DNA from: Sinorhizobium meliloti
Lineage (GTDB): Bacteria; Pseudomonadota; Alphaproteobacteria; Rhizobiales; Rhizobiaceae
Reading direction: 5' to 3'
Assembly: GCF_017876815.1 (NCBI RefSeq)
Contig: NZ_JAGIOS010000001.1
Coordinates: 1,170,001 to 1,202,000 of the forward strand
Length of the DNA: 32,000 nucleotides
Every line of letters begins with the position of its first letter. The stretch's first letter is position 1. Position numbers and translations under genes: made by a program. Positions 16,619 through 26,445 of the stretch are shown one piece after another. The notes under the pieces are model-generated. The model saw only the letters and a list, made by a program, of their open reading frames with translations. It made no database searches and was not told the origin of the DNA.

Positions 16619-17602
16619 CTAAAACTTGTCCGCCACCTGTATCCCCGCGGGGCCGAGGATGACGGCGACGAGGACCGGCAGGAAGAACAGGATCATCGGT
16701 ACCGTCAGCTTCGGCGGCAGTGCGGCCGCCTTTTTCTCTGCGGCGGTCATCCGCTGGTCGCGGCTTTCCTGCGCCAGCACGCGCAGCGCCTGGGCGACGG
16801 GCGTGCCGTAGCGGTCGGCCTGGATCAGCGCCTGCGTCACCGATTTCACCTCGTCGAGGCCGGTGCGCAGGCCGAGATTTTCGAGCGCGATGCGCCTTTC
16901 GGGCAGGAAGGAGAGTTCCGCGGTCGTCAGCACCAGTTCCTCCGCCAGCGGCGGCGACTGCACGGCTATCTCGTCGGCGACGCGGCGCATGGCGAGCTCC
17001 ATCGAGACGCCCGATTCGACGCAGATGAGCAGGAGATCGAGCGCATCCGGCCAGGCGCGGCGAATGGACTGCTGGCGCTTGGAGATCGCATTGGCGATGA
17101 AGATGTTCGGCGCGTAGAAGCCGACATAGGCAAATCCGATGGCGAAGGACACCCTGACCATGATCGGCTTGTCGGCGAAATTCCCGAGCACGAAAATATA
17201 GAGAACCGCAACGGTCAGAAACAGGAACGGCAGACAGAAGCGGGCGAAGAGGAAGGTGTTGAGCGCGTTTTGCGAGCGGTAGCCGGCCGTCTTCAGGCGG
17301 TTGACGGTGTTGTCGTCCACCAGAGCCTTTCTGAGGTTCAGCCGCTCGACGATCTCCCGGACGGAGGTGTTGTGCTGTGCCCTGAGGCTCGCCCTGCCGG
17401 TCGTCGCCTCGGCATTGAGCCGGGCGCGCTCGCGGGCGCGAATCTGCTCCCGTTCGGTGGCGACCGATTTCATCCGCTTCGCGAGATCTCCCCGCTCGAG
17501 CAAGGGCGCCACGAGCGAATAGAACGTGGCGAGCACGGCCATCGAGACGAGCGCCGCGACGAGGATGTTCGGATCGGTAAGCGTCTCTATCCAGCCGGCC
17601 AC
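16619..17602 (-). CDS. tadC: Type II secretion system F-family inner-membrane platform protein TadC
   Basis: 327 aa with an N-terminal TM segment and a T2SSF-like core (PDALDLLLICVESGVSMELAMRRVA...). GTG start with GAGGA 6 nt upstream. It follows tadB. Confidence 0.88.
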   Translation of the reverse strand: MAGWIETLTDPNILVAALVSMAVLATFYSLVAPLLERGDLAKRMKSVATEREQIRARERARLNAEATTGRASLRAQHNTSVREIVERLNLRKALVDDNTVNRLKTAGYRSQNALNTFLFARFCLPFLFLTVAVLYIFVLGNFADKPIMVRVSFAIGFAYVGFYAPNIFIANAISKRQQSIRRAWPDALDLLLICVESGVSMELAMRRVADEIAVQSPPLAEELVLTTAELSFLPERRIALENLGLRTGLDEVKSVTQALIQADRYGTPVAQALRVLAQESRDQRMTAAEKKAAALPPKLTVPMILFFLPVLVAVILGPAGIQVADKF

Positions 17603-17609
17603 GGGATCC

Positions 17610-18620
17610 TCAGATGTCGAAGTTGATCATGTTGCGCATCACCCAGATGCCGATGCTCATCCAGACGGCGGAAGCGCCCATGATGATGTGGCCGCGCGGG
17701 TCGGTGAAGAGAACCATCATGTAATCGGGCGAAGTCAGATAGACGAGGGTTGCGACGATGAACGGCAGCGCGCCGATGATACAGGCGGACGCCTTGGCCT
17801 CCATCGACAGCGCGCTGACCTTCGCCTTCATCTTCCTGCGTTCGCGCAGCACCTTGGAGAGATTGCCGAGCGCTTCGGACAGATTGCCGCCCGCCTGCGC
17901 CTGAATGGCGATGACGATCGCGAAGAAGTTCACTTCCGGCAGCGGGATGCTGTGAATCATGCGGGCGCAGGCTTCGGGAACGTTGAGGCCCACCTGCTGG
18001 GACTCGACGACACGGCGGAATTCCGTCCTGACCGGCTCCTGCCCGTCGCTGGCGATCAGCCGCAAGGCGTCGTTCAGCGGCAGCCCCGACTTGATCGAAC
18101 GGACCATGACATCGAGCGAATTCGGAAACTCGTCGAGAAACTTTCTGCAACGGCGTTTGACCATGGAGCCGACGATCCATCGCGGCAGGCCGGCCGCGCC
18201 TATCAGGGCAACGCCCGCGGCAATGAGCAGCCCCGCCCCTGCCAGGAGGACGACAAGGAAGGCGAACAGTCCGAAAAGCGCGCTGAACAGGTAGAACTGC
18301 GCGAGCGATATCGAAAGACCGGCCTGCAGCAGGCGCTTCTTCATCGAAGGCGCCGTATTGGCGGATTTTTCCTGCTGCTTTTTCTCGAGTTCCTTCAGCG
18401 AATCCTGAACGGATTTGCGTCGCTTCGACATCTCGTTGACGCGGTCGCGCGCCGCCTTGATCTTGGTGCGGTCCGTCTCGGAGGCGCTGACCCGGCGCAG
18501 GCGGCCCTCCGCCTTCTTCTCGGTCTCGATCTGGGGGTAGAGCACACCATAGGCGAGTGCTGCCGCCGCCAGGGCGACGAGGCCGGCCAATCCCAGGACG
18601 GTGATGTCTATGCCGAACAT
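17610..18620 (-). CDS. tadB: Type II secretion system F-family inner-membrane platform protein TadB
   Basis: I moved the start to ATG 18620 (MFGIDITVLGLAGLVALAAAALAYGVLY), preceded by GAAGGGA. T2SSF-like core FPNSLDVMVRSIKSGLPLNDALRLIA. Confidence 0.88.
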   Translation of the reverse strand: MFGIDITVLGLAGLVALAAAALAYGVLYPQIETEKKAEGRLRRVSASETDRTKIKAARDRVNEMSKRRKSVQDSLKELEKKQQEKSANTAPSMKKRLLQAGLSISLAQFYLFSALFGLFAFLVVLLAGAGLLIAAGVALIGAAGLPRWIVGSMVKRRCRKFLDEFPNSLDVMVRSIKSGLPLNDALRLIASDGQEPVRTEFRRVVESQQVGLNVPEACARMIHSIPLPEVNFFAIVIAIQAQAGGNLSEALGNLSKVLRERRKMKAKVSALSMEAKASACIIGALPFIVATLVYLTSPDYMMVLFTDPRGHIIMGASAVWMSIGIWVMRNMINFDI

Positions 18621-18678
18621 CGCTCGGTCTGTCCCTTCGCGTCGAAGGCATGCGGAACCGCAGCCTGCCTGTACCGCT

Positions 18679-20148
<1,470 letters not shown>

Positions 20149-20209
20149 CACTTCATTCCAGTTGCTTCATCGATCCCCGCCCTGCGGGTGCAGGATCGGA
20201 AATATTCCG

Positions 20210-21496
20210 CTACCGCCTGCCGAGCTTCGCCAGAACCTTTCCGAGCCCCCCCCGGCGCGCCTTCTTTATGGCGGTGCGCCCGGTCAAGAGGTGGGACAGC
20301 TGCGCGAAGGTCTCGGCGGCCGGCGACTTCCGGTCGATCTCCGCGATCATGCGGCCGCTGTTGGAGGCATTGCCGAAGAGGACCGCATCGAACGGAATGA
20401 TCGCGGCGGCCTCGATCTCCAGCGACGCGCAGAACTCGTCGGGAGCGATCTCCGGACGCTTGGGCACGCCCACCTGGTTGAGCACGAGATGCGGCACCTT
20501 GTCGTTCGGCCTCAGTTTCTTCAAGGCATCGAGCAGGTTCTTCGCGTTCCTGAGGCTTGCCAGATCCGGGGCGGCGGTGATGACCACCTCGTCGGCCGCC
20601 GAAAGCACCGAGCGGGTCCAGTCGGTCCAGCCATGCGGCAGGTCCAGGACGGATACCGGCGCACTGCGCTGGAGGATTTCCAGGATCGGCTGAAAGGCAC
20701 CCGTCTCGAAATCATAGGCGCGGTCGAGCATGGAGGGCGCCGCCAGCAGCGACAGATGCTCCGAGCACCTGGTCAGGAGCCGGTCGAGAAAGACCTCGTC
20801 CAGCCGCTCCGGCGCGAATACGGCCTCGGCGATCCCCTGTGGCGGGTCCTGGTCGAAGTCGATATTGGCTGTTCCGTAAGGCAGATCGAGATCGGCAAGG
20901 ATCGTCTCGGTCGAGAAAAGATTGGAAATGCCCCAGGCGCAATTATGGGCGATGACCGACGAGCCACAGCCGCCCTTTGCGCCGATGAAGGCAAGGCTGC
21001 GTCCGAGCGGCTCCGCCTCCGGATCCACGAAGATCGCCGAGACGGCGCTCAGCATATCGGCCATTCCGACCGGCGCGACCATATATTCGGAAATGCCGTT
21101 GCGGATCAGCTCGCGATAGAGCGCGATGTCGTTGTGACGCCCGATGACGATGACCCTGGTGCTCGGATCGCAGACCTCGGCGAGCGGCGCCAGCTCCGAA
21201 AGCAGCGCGCCGGGCTCGGTGGCGGTTTCGAGGATGATCAGATTGGGCGTCGAGGCGCCGGCGAAGGTATTCGCGGCGGCTGCGATGCCGCCGCCGGTAA
21301 CCCGCAGGCTCACCTTCGCCATGCGGCGATCCTGGCCGCAGCGCTCCATGAGCCGCTGCACGGCTTCGCTTTCGCAGAAGGCATGGATCGAGATGCGCGG
21401 CAGAGGCCGGAGCTGCTCGAGGTCGCCGGGGCGCGTTCCGTCCGCGGGCCAATCGCCGGTTCCGCCGCTGTCGATCGTGTATTCAATGGCGTTCAT
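20210..21496 (-). CDS. cpaE: CpaE/TadZ pilus localisation protein (receiver-like N-domain plus ParA/MinD-type ATPase domain)
   Basis: Deviant Walker A FIGAKGGCGSSVIAHNCA in the C-terminal half and a receiver-like N-terminal half. GAGGAAA lies upstream of the ATG. Its position between cpaD and cpaF fits. Confidence 0.88.
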   Translation of the reverse strand: MNAIEYTIDSGGTGDWPADGTRPGDLEQLRPLPRISIHAFCESEAVQRLMERCGQDRRMAKVSLRVTGGGIAAAANTFAGASTPNLIILETATEPGALLSELAPLAEVCDPSTRVIVIGRHNDIALYRELIRNGISEYMVAPVGMADMLSAVSAIFVDPEAEPLGRSLAFIGAKGGCGSSVIAHNCAWGISNLFSTETILADLDLPYGTANIDFDQDPPQGIAEAVFAPERLDEVFLDRLLTRCSEHLSLLAAPSMLDRAYDFETGAFQPILEILQRSAPVSVLDLPHGWTDWTRSVLSAADEVVITAAPDLASLRNAKNLLDALKKLRPNDKVPHLVLNQVGVPKRPEIAPDEFCASLEIEAAAIIPFDAVLFGNASNSGRMIAEIDRKSPAAETFAQLSHLLTGRTAIKKARRGGLGKVLAKLGRR

Positions 21497-21518
21497 CGTT
21501 TTTCCTCGAAGGCCCGTA

Positions 21519-22199
21519 TCAGTTGAAGACGATCGTCGTTCCGCCGTCGCCCTTATCCGTGCCGCGCCAGCTGTCGATCACCTGGCCCCGCTGCTCGGCA
21601 TCGATCGGCGACATCTGGCGCGGGCCGACGAGATCCGTCGGGTTGGCGATCTGTGCCGCGAGATTGGACTGGGTGGCGCAGCCGAAATTGTAGTAGTTGC
21701 GGTTTTCCAGCGTGTTCAGCGCCAGATCTTCCGGCCACGCGCCGCAGGGCGCGGTCTGCGCAGTTATCGCGACATAGCTCAGGCGGATCGGTGCGGCGTC
21801 GCCCGTCACGGAGGCGTCATAGGTGGTTTCGATCATCTTCTTCGGCGATACGCCGCTGGCCGCCAGCAAGCGGCGGATGTCCTTGCGGACGATCTGCGCG
21901 GCATGGCCGTTCACCGATCCGCGCGGCAGCATGATCTGAATGACGCTGCTGGACGCATTGCGATATTCGGCGGCAAAGCCGCGAATGACGTCGCGCGTCC
22001 CCTGGGTGAGCCGCGTATCGCCGGAGGCAATGGGAATGTCGATCGTCCGCTCGCCCTCCGTCAGCACGATCGGATGCCGGGTGCGGTAATCGTCCGGAAG
22101 AGCACCGGTCGCGAGCTTGTCCTTGCTGGCGCAGCCTGCCAGGAGGGCGGCGACGATCGCATACAGGACCACACGATGCGGCAAGCGGTTCAGGGCCAT
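21519..22199 (-). CDS. cpaD: CpaD-type pilus assembly lipoprotein
   Basis: MALNRLPHRVVLYAIVAALLAGC|AS is a lipoprotein signal peptide. I prefer ATG 22199 (GAAAGG upstream) to the track start 22247. Its position between cpaC and cpaE fits. Confidence 0.75.
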   Translation of the reverse strand: MALNRLPHRVVLYAIVAALLAGCASKDKLATGALPDDYRTRHPIVLTEGERTIDIPIASGDTRLTQGTRDVIRGFAAEYRNASSSVIQIMLPRGSVNGHAAQIVRKDIRRLLAASGVSPKKMIETTYDASVTGDAAPIRLSYVAITAQTAPCGAWPEDLALNTLENRNYYNFGCATQSNLAAQIANPTDLVGPRQMSPIDAEQRGQVIDSWRGTDKGDGGTTIVFN

Positions 22200-22255
22200 C
22201 GGGGGCTGCCTTTCAAGACTGGTTCGAGCTGCGCTTCGCTTCTGCATGGCCCGGC

Positions 22256-23791
22256 CTATTTGTAGATGAAGCCGACATTGCCGTGGTAGCGGCCGGCGGG
22301 CGGCTGCGCCTCGGGGCGTCCATAGATCCGGTTGACCCGGCCGAGGAAAAAGCTTTCGAGATCGTTCGCCGGGTTGAAGTTGTCGTCCGGACGCGAGATC
22401 GCGCTGCGGGCAACCGGCCTTACGAGATAGGGCGTTGCGATGATGACGAGTTCCGTTTCGCTGCGCTGGAAATCCTTGCTGCGGAAGAGCGTGCCGAGGA
22501 TCGGGATCTTCGAGGCGCCGGGCAGGCCCGACATCGCCTGGCGGATATTGTCCTGGACGAGGCCGGCGATCACGATCGAGCCGCCGGACGGCAGTTCGAC
22601 GCTGGTCGAGGCTTCGCGCCGGCGGATGCCGAGGAAGGTGTTGCCGGGAATGGCGGTCATGCTGTTGCCCGTGACCACCGAGCCCTCATAGGTCGGCTCC
22701 GAGACATCGGTTTCGATCTGCAGGCTGATGCGGCCGGGGCCGAGAACGACCGGCTTGAAATTCAGCCGGATGCCGTATTCCACGTCGTTGACCTCACGCT
22801 CTACCGTGGTTTGGCCGGTCTCGTCGTCCGTCGAGACCTCCTGCACGCCGGCAAGCCGGAACTCGCCGCCGACGTAGAACTTCGCCTCCTGGCCGGAAAT
22901 CGCCGTCAGGCTCGGCTCGGCGAGCGTGCGCATGACGCCGGCCTGTTCCATTGCGTTGATATAGCTCGAAATGGTTGTGGGGCCGATCGAACCCTTGATG
23001 AGGGCATTCGTGCCGACGGCGATCGCGTCGCCGAGATTGGCCGGGTTACGGAAGCTGATGCCGCTTTCGCCATCGGAGACGCGGCCGTTGAAGCCGAGCT
23101 GCTTCAGTACCTGGCGGCTGACCTCGGCCACGGTGACTTTCAGCGTCACCTGATCGTCGCCCTCGATCGTCAGCAGATTGACGATCTGCGAGTTCTGCCG
23201 GTCCTCGGCGAAAATATCGGCATCGCCGTTATTGCCCTGGGCGGTGATGTTGCGCGTGGTCGCCTCGCCGCCCTTCAGGAAGGCGCGTGCGAGATCGACG
23301 GCCCTGGTCGAGTCGAGGGGCGTGCGGACCGTGCCTGTCAGCACCACGTTGTCCGAGATGATTTCGACATTGATATCCGCATCGGGAATGAAGCGACGGA
23401 GGTTCGCCTCCAGACCGGCAACGTCGCGCTCGACGGCGACCTCCAGGCTGACGATCTCCTCGCCGCCAGGTCCGAAGACGAAGATGTTCGTTTGGCCGAC
23501 GGACTTGCCGAAGAGATAGATGCGGCGCGAGGTGCGGGTGATCGCGTCGGCGAGCGAGGGATCGGCGACGAGAATGTCGTGAGCGTCGCTCGGCAGATCC
23601 ACGACGACCGCCTTGTTGAGACCGAGATTGATGGTCTTCCGGGCGCCCGGGCCGCTATCGACGATCCTCACGACAGAGGAGGATGCGGCCTCTGCGGCCG
23701 GGAGGGTCGGCAGCGCCATGCCCGAAAAGGTCAGACAGAAGGAGAGGCCGGCTGCGAGAGACGCCCGAAACTTTTTTGCGATCGGTTTCAC
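22256..23791 (-). CDS. cpaC: Outer-membrane secretin CpaC/RcpA
   Basis: Signal peptide, N-terminal pilus-N domain, and C-terminal secretin block GGSIVIAGLVQDNIRQAMSGLPGASKIPILGTLFRSKDFQRSETELVIIATPYLV. GTG start 12 nt after the cpaB stop. Confidence 0.93.
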   Translation of the reverse strand: MKPIAKKFRASLAAGLSFCLTFSGMALPTLPAAEAASSSVVRIVDSGPGARKTINLGLNKAVVVDLPSDAHDILVADPSLADAITRTSRRIYLFGKSVGQTNIFVFGPGGEEIVSLEVAVERDVAGLEANLRRFIPDADINVEIISDNVVLTGTVRTPLDSTRAVDLARAFLKGGEATTRNITAQGNNGDADIFAEDRQNSQIVNLLTIEGDDQVTLKVTVAEVSRQVLKQLGFNGRVSDGESGISFRNPANLGDAIAVGTNALIKGSIGPTTISSYINAMEQAGVMRTLAEPSLTAISGQEAKFYVGGEFRLAGVQEVSTDDETGQTTVEREVNDVEYGIRLNFKPVVLGPGRISLQIETDVSEPTYEGSVVTGNSMTAIPGNTFLGIRRREASTSVELPSGGSIVIAGLVQDNIRQAMSGLPGASKIPILGTLFRSKDFQRSETELVIIATPYLVRPVARSAISRPDDNFNPANDLESFFLGRVNRIYGRPEAQPPAGRYHGNVGFIYK

Positions 23792-23803
23792 CTTGCGCCC
23801 GTC

Positions 23804-24613
23804 CTACTTCTGGTTCTGGAGGGCCACACCGTCGCCCTTGACGATGGAGCCCGACTTGATGACCTGAATGCTCGGCCGGCCGTCGCCGTTGAGAAGGTAG
23901 TCGGCAGCCGTGGTGTCCGGCTCCTGCGCATCGGCGACGCTGCGCAGCGCCAGCGAGATGCGGTCCGCCATCTGCTGCGCCACGGTCATGACCTTCGATT
24001 GATCCGGCGTCAGCTCCAGCGTCGCGGTCGTACCGACGACCGCTTTCGAGCCGTCTTCCTTCTCCTCGATCTGCTGATCGATCGCGAGCACGCGGACATT
24101 GCTCAGGACGGTTTCGGTCAGATAGAGATCGCCGTCGGACTTGCGCACCATGATCACGTCGACGCGATCGTTCGGCAGGATGAAGCCGCCGGCGCCGGTC
24201 GCGACCGTGATCTCCGTGGCGACGGCGCGCTTTCCGGCCGGCAGCAGCGACGACATGATCCGGTTCGATGCGTCGGCGATCTTTTCCTGGCGGACCGGCT
24301 CCCCGGTGAAGATCGGCAGACGGACCACTGCGCCGGCAAGATCTTCGACGGCTGCGGGACGGTTTTCCTCGGTGATCATGCCTTCGGCGACACCGTCCTT
24401 CGGCCAGGCCTTCCAATGGATGGAATCGGCGCCGAGACGGGAGCCGACCGGCAGGCTCTTGCCGGCGACGAGCACATTGATGGTCGGCGCCTGCTCGATG
24501 ACGGGTTCCGCCGTCTGCGGGGCGGGCGCCCGGGTGAGCTTCATCGCCAGCAGCCCGGCCATGGCAGCCGAGCCGATGGCCACCGCCAGAATGATAATGC
24601 GCACCGGTCTCAT
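23804..24613 (-). CDS. cpaB: Flp pilus assembly protein CpaB/RcpC
   Basis: N-terminal membrane anchor MRPVRIIILAVAIGSAAMAGLLAM followed by a SAF-like domain (INVLVAGKSLPVGSRL). Its position upstream of the secretin fits. Confidence 0.88.
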   Translation of the reverse strand: MRPVRIIILAVAIGSAAMAGLLAMKLTRAPAPQTAEPVIEQAPTINVLVAGKSLPVGSRLGADSIHWKAWPKDGVAEGMITEENRPAAVEDLAGAVVRLPIFTGEPVRQEKIADASNRIMSSLLPAGKRAVATEITVATGAGGFILPNDRVDVIMVRKSDGDLYLTETVLSNVRVLAIDQQIEEKEDGSKAVVGTTATLELTPDQSKVMTVAQQMADRISLALRSVADAQEPDTTAADYLLNGDGRPSIQVIKSGSIVKGDGVALQNQK

Positions 24614-24740
24614 GATCGCCCCAAATCCCCGAGAATTGCCCAGGATCAGGTTGATCAGGAATTGGTGTAATTATGGTTAACGGTTTGCTTATGGAGAAGG
24701 TTAGCGGGGGCTGCGCCGGGGCCGCTGAGCGAAATCCGCA

Positions 24741-25265
24741 TCAGGAGAGCTGCGCGAAGGCTAGCTGCATCAGCGGGGAAGAGGGATAGGCTGCGAACCC
24801 GCCGAGAGCGATGGCGATGCCGTAGGGGATTTTCTTGGCGGTCAGCAAGAGACGCGGAACTGGGATGCGAGCGGCAAGAATTAGGTTCTCCTTGCTGCGC
24901 AAGAGCAGAACGATCAGAGTCAGGAATCCGCCGAAGAACGAAACGTATACGAGGAATGTCACGAGTGACTCGTTGAAACCGAACCAAGCGGCGCTTGCCG
25001 TTAACAGCTTTGCATCTCCGCCACCCATCACGTTTGCCGCGAATAGGGCGAAGGAGACCGCAAAGATGAGCCCCGCGGCTACGGTGTGCAAGCCAAGCTG
25101 CGCGAGATCAAGACCAGCAAGCGGCGCGACGAAGAAAAACGACACGAGCAAAACCAGGGAAACGCGGTTCGGAATTGTCATTGTGAGCAGATCGGACAAC
25201 GCGGCTAGTGCAAGGGAAAAGGGAAAGACAACCAGAATAGTCGCATTGATCATCTCGAGCTCCAT
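24741..25265 (-). CDS. cpaA: Prepilin peptidase CpaA/TadV (A24 family, no methyltransferase domain)
   Basis: 174-aa polytopic membrane protein. The two Asp contexts LSDLLTMTIPN and MGGGDAKLL are typical of TadV/CpaA. The alternative start is ATG 25253. Confidence 0.88.
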   Translation of the reverse strand: MELEMINATILVVFPFSLALAALSDLLTMTIPNRVSLVLLVSFFFVAPLAGLDLAQLGLHTVAAGLIFAVSFALFAANVMGGGDAKLLTASAAWFGFNESLVTFLVYVSFFGGFLTLIVLLLRSKENLILAARIPVPRLLLTAKKIPYGIAIALGGFAAYPSSPLMQLAFAQLS

Positions 25266-25295
25266 CCGGCTGTCCCCGGCGAAAAGACAAGATTA

Positions 25296-25323
25296 GAAAA
25301 AGTAAGCCGCCCCTAAGGGCGGC
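25296..25323 (-). terminator. Intrinsic terminator or attenuator just downstream of the pilin gene
   Basis: The minus-strand RNA forms GCCGCCC-uuag-GGGCGGC (7-bp GC stem, 25306-25323), followed by UUACUUUUUCU. It lies 26 nt after the pilin stop codon and before cpaA. Confidence 0.6.
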
Positions 25324-25348
25324 CCCCTGTTAGGTAATCAGTCGGCCG

Positions 25349-25531
25349 TTACGGGGCGTTCGGTTCAACGTTCAGATATCCGCCCAAATTGGTGAACTGA
25401 GTGCTAAGTGCCCCGCCGAGCGTCTGCGCGCCGCCAATCAGCGCCACAGAGATCAGAGCTGCGATCAGCCCGTATTCGATTGCGGTTGCGCCGGACTCGT
25501 CCTTCATCAGGCGTGCAAAAATGGTCTTCAT
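25349..25531 (-). CDS. pilA: Flp-family type IVb pilin precursor
   Basis: MKTIFARLMKDESG|ATAIEYGLIAALISVALI carries the canonical Flp G/xxxxEY processing motif and hydrophobic stem. ATG 25531 lies 7 nt after GAGGAGA. The track start TTG 25546 sits inside that SD. Confidence 0.93.
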   Translation of the reverse strand: MKTIFARLMKDESGATAIEYGLIAALISVALIGGAQTLGGALSTQFTNLGGYLNVEPNAP

Positions 25532-25642
25532 GACTATTCTCCTCAAACTTCACTTGTTGTTCAGCACGTCCGTCAAACTGTTGCCGTTGATCGGATACCC
25601 TGAATTTAGCGGGGGCTAATTGCTTTCCGCTTAAGGAAACCG

Positions 25643-25658
25643 GTTACCGTCACGTTAA
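25643..25658 (-). promoter_or_regulatory. CtrA-box-like motif upstream of the pilin gene
   Basis: The minus strand reads TTAA-cgtgacg-GTAAC (consensus TTAA-N7-TTAAC, one mismatch), 112-127 nt upstream of the pilin ATG. It is flanked by the direct repeat TTAAGGAAAC (25631-25640) / TTAAGGGAAAC (25655-25665). Confidence 0.3.
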
Positions 25659-25782
25659 GGGAAACTCGCTTTTTCCTGGGTAAATGTCCGGAAAATGGAT
25701 GCCTTAAATTGCGCCGCATCGACGTAACCATTCGTTCACCAAAAGGCGCCAAGATGCGGCAGATAGACCGTCAGGACGCGCC

Positions 25783-26199
25783 ATGAACATGCCCTCAGCG
25801 GCCCCGCGGGCCGCACTGCTTGCAACCACTGCACTTCTGGCGATCGCCGCACCGGGCGGAGCCCGCGCGGCCGAAGAAATGATGCGCGTCTATATGGACC
25901 ACGCCCGCGTGCTGAAGCTCGACCGGCCGGTCAGCAAGGTGATCATCGGCAATGCGGAGGTTGCCGACGCGACCGTGGCGGATGCGAAGACCATCGTGCT
26001 GACCGGGCGCAATTTCGGCACCACCAATCTCGTCATCCTCGACCAGGACGGCAACGCCATGGTCGACGAGCGCATCCTGGTATCGATCGACGAGGGCAAC
26101 ACCGTACGCGTGTACAAGCAGACCGTCCGCACCGTTCTCTCCTGCACGCCCAATTGCGAGCGTGCGGAACGACAGGCTTCCGCCTCAAGCGGCAATTAA
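25783..26199 (+). CDS. Secreted stand-alone pilus-assembly N-terminal-domain protein (paralogous to the N-domain of secretin CpaC)
   Basis: Signal peptide MNMPSAAPRAALLATTALLAIAAPGGARA|AE. The body ARVLKLDRPVSKVIIGNAEVADATVADAKTIVLTGRNFGTTNLVILDQDG aligns by eye with CpaC residues KAVVVDLPSDAHDILVADPSLADAITRTSRRIYLFGKSVGQTNIFVFGPGG. Confidence 0.8.
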   Translation: MNMPSAAPRAALLATTALLAIAAPGGARAAEEMMRVYMDHARVLKLDRPVSKVIIGNAEVADATVADAKTIVLTGRNFGTTNLVILDQDGNAMVDERILVSIDEGNTVRVYKQTVRTVLSCTPNCERAERQASASSGN

Positions 26200-26217
26200 G
26201 ACCGGGAAATTCGCCCT

Positions 26218-26334
26218 GCCCCTCACCCTAACCCTCTCCCCGCAAGCGGGGAGAGGGGACTTAAGCCGCAAAGCGAGCCGCTTATCCCTTCTCCCCGCTT
26301 GCGGGGAGAAGGTCGCGGCAGCGGGATGAGGGGC
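26218..26334. repeat. RIME-like mosaic palindromic element, compact 117-bp copy
   Basis: GCCCCTCACCCTAACC, then CCCTCTCCCCGC-aa-GCGGGGAGAGGG (12-bp stem), a 25-nt spacer, CCTTCTCCCCGC-tt-GCGGGGAGAAGG (12-bp stem), then TCGCGGCAGCGGGATGAGGGGC. The ends are inverted repeats. Confidence 0.9.
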
Positions 26335-26445
26335 CCTTCCGGCCTCTGCTTCAGAACCACTAAAATTCTCCGGGTCCTCGAAAACGAATCTTCAACAGTC
26401 GCCGTGTATTTTTGCGCCAACCAGTTGACATGATGGAACGGCGCG

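Noticed and set aside
16560-16622. TCACCCTAA word overlapping the tadC stop (16606-16618) as another mosaic-element end, and a possible tadC terminator hairpin at about 16582-16603.
   Set aside because: The match is only 9 nt, the hairpin has a mismatch, and there is no U-tract. This is too weak to call.
22283-24670. Very long ORFs antisense to well-supported genes: 22283..24670 (795 aa), 15488..17626 (712 aa), 2490..4190 (566 aa), 8626..10188 (520 aa), 12660..14069 (469 aa), 20114..21526 (470 aa), 5841..7097 (418 aa), 27861..29075 (404 aa), 4602..5777 (391 aa), 191..1198 (335 aa).
   Set aside because: All are Arg/Ala/Gly/Asp-rich low-complexity translations with no recognisable motifs. Each lies opposite an ORF with clear family signatures. 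Open antisense frames are expected at this GC content.
24614-24740. CtrA-like half-sites in the cpaA-cpaB gap (TTAACGGTTTGCTTAT; GTTAAC).
   Set aside because: The spacing is N8, or the second half-site has two mismatches, so the match is not good enough to call. An internal promoter may still exist.
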